A stretch of DNA of 44,660 nucleotides from Candidatus Brocadiaceae bacterium (GTDB lineage Bacteria; Planctomycetota; Brocadiia; SM23-32): contig PUMZ01000165.1 in assembly GCA_003551565.1 (NCBI GenBank), forward strand, positions 1 to 44,660, written 5' to 3'. The first letter of the stretch is position 1. Each line of letters opens with the position of its first letter. A program made the position numbers and the translations under genes. Shown in pieces: positions 1 to 7,039 of this stretch. The notes beneath the pieces are model-generated. The model was given only the letters and a program-made list of their open reading frames with translations. It was not told the origin of the DNA and searched no databases.

Positions 1-617
1 CACCCATGCGATTGTGAGAGAAAAAAAGCCGGCGACTCAGAGTTGAAGCAAAAAAATCCACTCAATTTTTCGACAAAACGGGAAAATCACGCTTTCAATT
101 TCGAGAATCGCTCAATTTTGGCTGTTACATAATTCACGGTTTCAGTTCAACACATGCGATATGTAGGACTTGTTAGACTTATAGCATGCAACATAGAACG
201 TTTGTCTAAAATTATGCAGAGTGCTCGGTGTCCATCCCATTGTGCGATCGAAAAGGAAAGTGCCGGCGAGGCGCACCGGGGGATGTGTTTCAAATTGATA
301 CGCAGCGCGGGCCCCGATGTGTTTCAAGGTGGGGCGGGGCTGGCAAAAAGGTATCTGTCCGGTTAACCGGCAAGTTGCACGCATTCCCCTGCCGGCAGCG
401 GGAGTTTGAATTCTCTATCGTTATGAAGCTTACCTGTCTCTCAAAAAGTCAAGTCGGATTGCGCTTTGCCGGGAACGCCGGCATCCTTGCCGGCAAGTAT
501 ACGGATTGCGCTTTGCACGGGAGAAAGGCCGGCAGGGGTGCCGCCGTTCCCGGAAAAGTTGGTTTTTAAAAAAAGACTGACAGGCAACCAGGCAACTTTC
601 CAGCAACCAGCACGTAT

Positions 618-3092
618 TCATTCGAGGGAGTGTTTTTTTATTTTTCTGTAGAGGGTGCTCGGTGCGATTCCCAGTTCCCGGGCGGTCGCACGGCGGTTGT
701 TGCGGTTTCGGGCCAGGGCCCGTTCGATCATAAAGGCTTCCATCCGGTCGAGTGTGCGGATTTCCTCCGCCGTCGCTGCGTTTTCCGGGGAATTGGAGCC
801 TTTGATTGACTCCGGCAGGTGGCGTGTCTCGATAATGTTGCCCCGGCAGAGAGCGAAGCTGTGTTCGATGATGTTTTCAATCTCCCTGACGTTACCGGGG
901 AAATCGTAACTCAGGAGCTGTCCCATCGCTTCATTGCTGACGCTGATAACATTCCGGCCGTACATTGCGTTGTATTTTTTGATGAAGTGCTCGACGAGCA
1001 GCCGTATGTCTTCGCGACGCTGTTTCAGGGAGGGCAATGTGAGTTTTACAACGTTGATTCTGTAAAAAAGGTCCCGGCGGAAGGTTCCGGCATCGACAAG
1101 CCGTTCGAGGTTGGCGTTGCTGGCGCTGACGATCCTCACGTCGGCTTTTTCGGGTACCGAACCCCCGACAGGCATGTAGGTTTTTTCCTGCAGCACACGC
1201 AGAAGTTGCACCTGCATGGCCGGTGACGTTTCGCTGATCTCGTCCAAAAACAGCGTTCCTCCGCGGGCCAACCGGAACCGGCCGGGTTTATCGCTTTTTG
1301 ATCCGGTGAACGCTCCGTCTTTGTGCCCGAACAGCTCCGATGCGAGCAGCGTCTCGGGCAACGCGCCGCAGTTGACGGCGATGAACGGGCCATCTCTTCT
1401 GTTGCTCAGGTTGTGCAAAGCGCGGGCCACGACCTCTTTTCCCGTCCCCGTCTCCCCCTCGATCAGCACATTGCTGCCGCTTTCTGCAATCTGCGGGAGT
1501 GTATCGAACAGTCGCTGCATCCTCCGATTTCGCCCGATAATGCCTTCGAAACTGTATTGTTCCCGCAGCTCCCTGGCCAAAGACACATCACGGAAGGTCT
1601 CAACGCCTCCGACAATCTGCCGGTCCTGATCCTTTAAAAGGGTGGTGGAGACGATGATCTCTTTGCGCTGGCCCAGCGCGTTGATAAAATGCACCGGTTT
1701 GTTTATCACGGACTCGCCGGTCTGCATGGTATGTTTCAAGGCACATTGGGCCTCGCAGATATTTGTATGCATGATACTGTGGCATTGTTTGCCGATGGCA
1801 TCTTCCCGGTCGAATCCGGTGATTTCCTCTGCAGCCTGATTGAACGACGTTATGCGCCAGTCGGTATCGATGGTCAATATGCCGTCGGGGACGAATTCCT
1901 GACCGACCGCATTTTCGGACCCGTAGGTATCGAGGATCTGGTTGGAAAGCGCACTGAGATAATGGTCCAGATCGATGTTGTTCTCTTCCGGGGCGTGGAA
2001 AAGCATCTCGTGCACCGCGGCCATAGTCCTGACCCTGGTGCTGATATCCTCAAGGAACGCGGCCTCCGGATTGTCCTTTCCGGAGTTTTTCATACCCGCC
2101 TCGAGCATGGTGACGATCGTTTCCAGATTGCTCTTCACCAGGCTGTAGCTCTCGTCGATCAGTGCCTGTTTCTCCCGCAGGGTTGTCTCAAGCCGCTCTG
2201 CCAGCTGCTTTGTTTCCGTAACGTTTTCAAAAACAGCAGCGAAGCGCTCGTTGTCGAGACGGTATGCGCTGATATTGAAATGCCCGCCTGCCGGTTCGAA
2301 ACAGCTTTCGAAAACGGCCGGTTCGCCATCAATGACAACCTTGCCGAATTTTTCGATGAGGTTTGTTTCTCTTATGTCCGGGAAGATATCCGTGGCTTTC
2401 CTGCCGAGAACATCCGAAGCCCCCAATCCCGTGTGTTTTTCAAAAGCGGGATTGACGTCCAGAAAGACATAGTCGACCGGCCGTCCGGCCTCATCCACCA
2501 CGATGCGATGGAACGCGATGGCATCAAGGGTGTTCTCGTAGAGGAGCCGGTGCTTCTCTTCGCTTTTGCGCAGTTTTAAGTCCATTGCGCGCCGGTACAG
2601 GGTCGTCTTTACAGCGGCAAGCAGTGCGTCCCCGTCGATCGGTTTCACAAGGTAACCGTAAGGTGATGTGGCCTTCGCCCGCTCAATCAACCGATCATGC
2701 GAATGGGCCGTGAGAAATATGACGGGCACGTCGGAAACCGCTCCGATATGCTCGGAGGCGTCAATGCCGTCCATATCCCCCTCCAGACTGATATCCATCA
2801 GCACCAGGTCGGGGTCCGGCCCGTTTTTCACCAATTCTACGGCCGTCTCGCCCGAAGTTGCGGGGCCCAACACGTTGTACCCCGCACCGTCCAGGGCCCG
2901 CTCACACAGCAAGGACGCAATGGGATCGTCTTCGACGATGAGGATGTTTTTTGCGCTCACTTTTTTGCCTTTCTTCCGGTCAGTACCGTCCATGGTTTCA
3001 ATTTTTCCAATATTTCCAGGCGAAAGTTTTGTCCGATTCCTGAGCAGCAACGGCTTCCAGTCCTGTGCAAGGCCCGTGCACGAAGCCGGCAT
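618..3092 (-). CDS. Sigma-54-dependent response regulator (REC - PAS - degenerate HisKA_2-like helix pair - Cys/His-rich PAS - AAA+ activator - Fis-type HTH)
   Basis: 824-aa ORF. Receiver motifs ILIVEDD, LVLMDISL, LVKP. Walker A GETGTGKE, sigma-54 contact loop GAFTGS, Walker B LFLDEI. C-terminal HTH ARELGIAPSTLYRKIKK. Met34 (MDGTDRKKGKK, start at 2993) is a plausible alternative start. Confidence 0.9.
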   Translation of the reverse strand: MPASCTGLAQDWKPLLLRNRTKLSPGNIGKIETMDGTDRKKGKKVSAKNILIVEDDPIASLLCERALDGAGYNVLGPATSGETAVELVKNGPDPDLVLMDISLEGDMDGIDASEHIGAVSDVPVIFLTAHSHDRLIERAKATSPYGYLVKPIDGDALLAAVKTTLYRRAMDLKLRKSEEKHRLLYENTLDAIAFHRIVVDEAGRPVDYVFLDVNPAFEKHTGLGASDVLGRKATDIFPDIRETNLIEKFGKVVIDGEPAVFESCFEPAGGHFNISAYRLDNERFAAVFENVTETKQLAERLETTLREKQALIDESYSLVKSNLETIVTMLEAGMKNSGKDNPEAAFLEDISTRVRTMAAVHEMLFHAPEENNIDLDHYLSALSNQILDTYGSENAVGQEFVPDGILTIDTDWRITSFNQAAEEITGFDREDAIGKQCHSIMHTNICEAQCALKHTMQTGESVINKPVHFINALGQRKEIIVSTTLLKDQDRQIVGGVETFRDVSLARELREQYSFEGIIGRNRRMQRLFDTLPQIAESGSNVLIEGETGTGKEVVARALHNLSNRRDGPFIAVNCGALPETLLASELFGHKDGAFTGSKSDKPGRFRLARGGTLFLDEISETSPAMQVQLLRVLQEKTYMPVGGSVPEKADVRIVSASNANLERLVDAGTFRRDLFYRINVVKLTLPSLKQRREDIRLLVEHFIKKYNAMYGRNVISVSNEAMGQLLSYDFPGNVREIENIIEHSFALCRGNIIETRHLPESIKGSNSPENAATAEEIRTLDRMEAFMIERALARNRNNRRATARELGIAPSTLYRKIKKHSLE

Positions 3093-3163
3093 CGTTTTGC
3101 GGAAGCTTTGGATAACTGTATATATTCACTGAACCACGTTGGTCAGTGTTATAAACATTCATA

Positions 3164-3206
3164 GAACCACAGATGGACACAGATTAACACGGGTAAGGCA
3201 CAAGAC
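3164..3206 (+). repeat. Hairpin-repeat arm A (AACCACAGATGRACAC family)
   Basis: GAACCACAGATGGACACAGATTAACACGGGTAAGGCACAAGAC. It is similar to the reverse complements of 5252-5285 and 5757-5777. Confidence 0.8.
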
Positions 3207-3456
3207 TTCAAAGTTGTTGCCCCTCCTTAACCTGCCTCTAACCCGACTTTCCGGGTTAGCTATTTTACCACCATATGTTCTTTTGTAAAAACAATGCCTT
3301 TCAGCTTTTATGTTTTTTTGCCAGTGTATTACCCTACTGTTCATTTGACATCGCACGGCATATAAGGCTATAATTGAGCCAATATGATGTGTATAAAGCT
3401 TTCTGTCTATCGAAGTGTCCGGTGACAGTATTACCCTTTCAGGAGGAGGTTTGCCA

Positions 3457-5157
3457 GTGGCTTCTATAATCAAGAAAAGAAAGAAGGGGCGGAATTATTA
3501 TTATGCGGTTCAAAGTAAAAGGGTTGATGGGGAGCCCCGGATCGTGTGGCAAAAATATCTGGGCACACTTGATCGTATTCTTGAACGGGTGGATGCTTCG
3601 GAGCCGCCAGGGCCAAAAGAAACCGTGCTGTTTGAGGCTGGGGCAGTGGCCGCCTTGCTGCAAATGGCAAATCGGTTGGCTTTAGTTGAGATAATAGACG
3701 AAATTGTTCCCAAACGTGATCAAGGCCCGTCGGTAGGACAATATATGGTGCTCGCCTCCCTAAACCGCGCTCTGGCCCCACGCAGCAAGGCTCGCATCGG
3801 GGACTGGTATGAATCGACTATTTTGCGCAGGGTGTGGGGGATGCCCGAAACTGCCTTCACCAGCCAGAGATTTTGGGACCACATGAATATGATCGGAGAG
3901 GACGAGATAAACCTGATCCAGGAGCGTCTTTTGGACAGGATAGGAGTCGAGATTGGGCTCGACACCGAAGTTCTGCTTTATGATACAACCAACTTTTTTA
4001 CCTTTATCGCTTCAACCAATGTGCGCAGCACTTTGGCCCGAAGGGGTCGAAACAAACAGAAAAGAAATGATCTGCGTCAGGTGGGACTTTCGATTATAGC
4101 CAGCCAAAAATTCCAGGTGCCGCTTATGCACAGGGTTTATGAGGGTAATTGCAATGACCTGACGCTTTTCCCGAAAGTGGTGGAATCTTTGCAGCAGCGC
4201 TATAGCCGCATTTTGCAGGAAAACACGGATACAACCTTGATATGCGACAAAGGATGCTTTGGAGAAGAAGCGCTTGAAACCCTGGCAGTGGGCGGTGTTC
4301 ATTTTGTGTGCTCTCTGCCATCCACCTACTTTTCGGAGACATTTGCCACTTCTGTCGAGCAGTTAAAACCTCTGGCCGAACCGCCCGGAACACGCGTGGC
4401 AAGCTACCCGGTGGAACTGTGGTCCAAGGAATGCCAAATGGTTCTATGTTATTCTGAAAACCTCTATACCACACAACTTGATAGTATTACGCGGCAGATG
4501 GTAAAATGCCAGAAAGCACTTGCTGATCTGCAGAGGTCCCTCCTCAGGCGGGCAACCGAAGGGGGGCGGGGTAAGCGTCCGACGGTGGGATCAGTGCGCG
4601 CTAAAGTGCGGGGCATACTGTCCGGACAATATCTTGATGAGATTATAAAAACGAAAGTGAAAGTGAAAAAGAAAGGGGCTATTCCCACCCTGCAGTATGA
4701 AGTCGACCATGACGCACTACAGCAAATAAACACCCATCGTCTGGGCCGTACGCTTCTGGTGACGGATCGCCTTGACTGGAAGCCGCAGCAGGTGGTGAAA
4801 GCCTATCGGAGTCTGGCGCGAGTAGAAGACGCATTTAAGGATATGAAGAGCACTGAGTTTTTGCAATGGCAGCCGGCGTTTCACTGGACGGACCAAAAAA
4901 TAAGGGTTCATGGATTTTACTGCGTTCTTGCGCTGACGCTTGTCCGGTTGGTGCGTAAGGTCGCCTGGGAAAATGGCATTAAGCTGTCAGTGCCGGCCTT
5001 GCTCGAAGAACTCAGTGATATAAAAGAAGTGGCGATGGTGTATCCAAAGCATTACAAGAAGGGGGGAGACAACCGGCTGACACACAGCCGGATGTCGCGG
5101 CGTCAGTTGAAGCTTGCAAAGGCCCTGGACATCGGCCGAATAACAGCCTGGGGGTAA
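3457..5157 (+). CDS. DDE transposase, IS1634 group (IS4-related)
   Basis: AGGAGG lies 7 nt upstream of GTG 3457; the ORF-track start at 3415 is an upstream in-frame GTG. N-terminus KKRKKGRNYYYAVQSKRVDGEPR. Candidate DDE residues in LLYDTTNFFTF, LICDKGCF and YRSLARVEDAFKDMKS. About 566 aa, the usual size for this group. Confidence 0.88.
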   Translation: MASIIKKRKKGRNYYYAVQSKRVDGEPRIVWQKYLGTLDRILERVDASEPPGPKETVLFEAGAVAALLQMANRLALVEIIDEIVPKRDQGPSVGQYMVLASLNRALAPRSKARIGDWYESTILRRVWGMPETAFTSQRFWDHMNMIGEDEINLIQERLLDRIGVEIGLDTEVLLYDTTNFFTFIASTNVRSTLARRGRNKQKRNDLRQVGLSIIASQKFQVPLMHRVYEGNCNDLTLFPKVVESLQQRYSRILQENTDTTLICDKGCFGEEALETLAVGGVHFVCSLPSTYFSETFATSVEQLKPLAEPPGTRVASYPVELWSKECQMVLCYSENLYTTQLDSITRQMVKCQKALADLQRSLLRRATEGGRGKRPTVGSVRAKVRGILSGQYLDEIIKTKVKVKKKGAIPTLQYEVDHDALQQINTHRLGRTLLVTDRLDWKPQQVVKAYRSLARVEDAFKDMKSTEFLQWQPAFHWTDQKIRVHGFYCVLALTLVRLVRKVAWENGIKLSVPALLEELSDIKEVAMVYPKHYKKGGDNRLTHSRMSRRQLKLAKALDIGRITAWG

Positions 5158-5251
5158 TACACAGGAATTGCCGATAAACCACTATTAGAAAGTGGGTTGT
5201 GAAACTTCTTTTTCGCTAACCCGGAAAGTCGGGCTAAACGCACTAAAAGCT

Positions 5252-5285
5252 CTTGCCGGTTTTCATCAGTGTTCATCTGTGGTTG
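5252..5285 (-). repeat. Hairpin-repeat arm B (same family, inverted)
   Basis: The reverse complement reads CAACCACAGATGAACACTGATGAAAACCGGCAAG and aligns with arm A with a few substitutions or indels. Confidence 0.8.
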
Positions 5286-5302
5286 CTGCAATTGCTGCTC
5301 CA

Positions 5303-5674
5303 TTAAAGAGAAACACGTTTACACTGAAGCCTGGGATATTTGAAATTTAACACAAGACCGGTGGGAAGTTGCGTCACCCTTAAATAGTTAATCATCTGTC
5401 CGAGCTCAACATTTGTGATTTTCTCTATAACCTTTGTGTCCACCACAACTCTATCTTCCACAATTAAATCGGGAATATATTCACCGACCTTTTTGCCTTT
5501 GTATACTATATCAAAACAGCTTTGCTGCTTGCAGATCACGCCTCTGAACTCTAATTCAACCGCCAAAGCATTTTCATAAGGTTTTTCAAGGAAACCATGC
5601 CCCATGGTGTTTAGCACTTCCATGGCCGAACCGATAATAATTCCCGTCGTGTCCGTATTTTTCGCTATCAACAA
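5303..5674 (-). CDS. GxxExxY protein (PD-(D/E)XK nuclease superfamily)
   Basis: 123 aa with a TTG start. GHGFLEKPYENALAVEL carries the G-x-x-E-x-x-Y signature. Downstream, IPDLIVEDRVVVDTK resembles a D...(D/E)xK core. Confidence 0.85.
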   Translation of the reverse strand: MLIAKNTDTTGIIIGSAMEVLNTMGHGFLEKPYENALAVELEFRGVICKQQSCFDIVYKGKKVGEYIPDLIVEDRVVVDTKVIEKITNVELGQMINYLRVTQLPTGLVLNFKYPRLQCKRVSL

Positions 5675-5703
5675 TTATCCATCCCTATAAATACGCTTTA
5701 AAT

Positions 5704-5777
5704 ACAGATGGACACAGATGTAAAAAACTTTTTTCTTTGGTTCGTTATCTGTGTTTATCTGTGTGCATCTGTGGTTC
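5704..5777. repeat. Complete hairpin copy of the same repeat family (arms D and C)
   Basis: ACAGATGGACACAGATG (5704-5720) faces three tandem ~10-nt units TATCTGTGTT/TATCTGTGTG/CATCTGTGGTTC (5746-5777). The reverse complement of 5757-5777, GAACCACAGATGCACACAGAT, differs from arm A at one base. Confidence 0.8.
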
Positions 5778-6526
5778 TTTTTCCCGGAATACGCTACGTG
5801 GTTCACTGAGGACTTTCGGATAACTTAACATTGTCTTCGGAGTCATGTCAAAAAAAAGTTCTTCTCGGATCAGACTGGCCGGGAATTCACCGCAGGAGCC
5901 TCTGAGGGCTCTCTTTGGAATGCCGTGCGTAGCGAGAGCGGATCACAGCTTTTATGTTCACAGATCCGGCAAAACGGGAAAACAACGGGTGAAAGCGGCG
6001 CTCCACTCCGTTTTGTGTTGTATTCCAAAACGGTCGTATAAAAAAATGGCCGCTCTTCACCGAAAAGACCCAAAACGGCGGCAGTTTGCCGGATCCCTGA
6101 CCGGCTTTTATGACAAATTGCGTTCCATCGATCTGTTTGATAGTGGTTAAAAGGTGCTGGAAACAGTTATTTTCTGGCATTGGTATCACTGCCAGAAATT
6201 CCGGCTAATACTTCCGGGCCGGTGTCCGATAGTAAAGTAAAGGCTGGAGGATCGGCCGAAAGGCCGCAACAGGCTCGTCGTGATCCCCTCCAGGGGGCTT
6301 CCGGAGTATGTGAAATGCCGCGTTGGTCCATGGACGGTTGCAAGCGTCCATGACGGGCGGAGTGTTCGGCCATGTGGGCGGAGGCCTGGCGTTGAGTGCG
6401 GAATGCTGCAGGGTGATTCATGCGGCGTTCATTGTGGCAGGGACTATTTTCTGTTCGCTTGAGCAAGGGTGCGGTACGGTGGTTGATAATGTGGGAAACA
6501 ATATTATAAGGGATCTGACGCGCATT

Positions 6527-6763
6527 ATGAGGAAAGATCGGAAGCGGGCCGCCTCGCGCGGGGGCGCTTCCGATCTTTCCGATCCCGAAATCCGCGATGT
6601 GGTCAGCTTCGAACTGGTTGAGTTGCTGGAAAGGGTCAGAACGGCCGACGTGGTGCGTAAGGACCGGGTCCATCGGGTCATCGAACGACTAAAAAAGGAT
6701 GAGCTTGTGACGTCGGAGTCGGTACGCGAGGCCGCGGAGCGGATGATCGAAAAAGGGATCTGA
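6527..6763 (+). CDS. Small protein with a FlgM-like C-terminus (possible anti-sigma-28 factor)
   Basis: The C-terminal VRKDRVHRVIERLKKDELVTSESVREAAERMIEKGI aligns by eye with the E. coli FlgM C-terminal helix region ([30 protein letters not shown]). The start is uncertain: ATG 6527, GTG 6491, or the ORF-track start 6323. Confidence 0.4.
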   Translation: MRKDRKRAASRGGASDLSDPEIRDVVSFELVELLERVRTADVVRKDRVHRVIERLKKDELVTSESVREAAERMIEKGI

Positions 6764-7039
6764 CCTGCCATGGAACGACCTTTTTTCGGTCTCAGATAAA
6801 GGTGTTGCGACTGCTACGGGTGTCCTGGCAGTTACGTCACGCGCACAGTCTGCAGAGGACCGGGCCCGCGCTGCGGCAGTTCCGTGTTTGTGCCGATCAA
6901 CAAGAACGGCACGGAACGACGGTTCTTTGAGCCCTGCTTTTTGACCGTAAAACCTTTCTGAGAGGGGGGCGCACATTTCGGGGAAGCATATTTTGTTGTC
7001 ATTATTATTGATATTCACATGCCGGAATCAGGAGGAGCC

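Larger units (their letters stand above)
3164..5285 (+). mobile_element. IS1634/IS4-like insertion sequence (termini not resolved)
   Basis: The transposase ORF is flanked by a perfect 19-nt inverted core: CCCGACTTTCCGGGTTAGC at 3242-3260 and its reverse complement at 5215-5233. Imperfect inverted similarity continues outward to GAACCACAGATGGACACAGAT (3164-3184) and GTGTTCATCTGTGGTT (5269-5284). No clean target-site duplication was identified. Confidence 0.7.
3106..5825. mobile_element. Composite insertion bounded by a near-identical direct repeat and short inverted repeats; contains the IS element, hairpin repeats and the GxxExxY gene
   Basis: Direct repeat CTTTGGATAACT (3106-3117) versus CTTTCGGATAACT (5813-5825). 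Just inside lie TCACTGAACCACGT (3126-3139) and ACGTGGTTCACTGA (5796-5809), inverted with one mismatch. By eye the interior is AT-richer than the flanking genes. Confidence 0.4.

Noticed and set aside
142-651. Short ORFs in the left non-coding edge (142-384 minus, 228-569 plus, 466-651 plus, 430-621 minus)
   Set aside because: They overlap one another, are repeat- and palindrome-rich, and have no protein-like features.
3159-3473. 104-aa minus-strand ORF, the 66-aa ORF at 5103-5303, and the 12827-13267 minus ORFs whose peptides read through repeats (..VNLCPSVVL, ..PQMNTDENR.., ..PQRSQRTQRT..)
   Set aside because: These are translations of the hairpin repeat arms and IS ends. Repeat-derived pseudo-ORFs of this kind are a common annotation artefact.
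5170-5177. GCCGATAA sigma-28 -10-like words at 5170-5177 (inside the IS end), 42340-42347 (minus strand, inside a coding region) and TCCGATAA at 19297-19304
   Set aside because: No TAAA-like -35 lies at the required 15-nt spacing, and the locations (IS terminus, coding sequence) argue for chance matches.
5845-6150. 101-aa plus-strand ORF after the mobile insertion, with overlapping minus-strand ORFs at 5870-6189
   Set aside because: It is a very basic, low-complexity translation with no motif and no clear RBS, and ORFs on the opposite strand are equally long. I cannot support it as a gene, although it may be real.
6167-7018. 168-aa and 109-aa minus-strand ORFs and the N-terminal 68 codons of the 6323-6763 ORF
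   Set aside because: The composition is not protein-like. Only the C-terminal roughly 78 codons of the plus ORF resemble a real (FlgM-like) protein.
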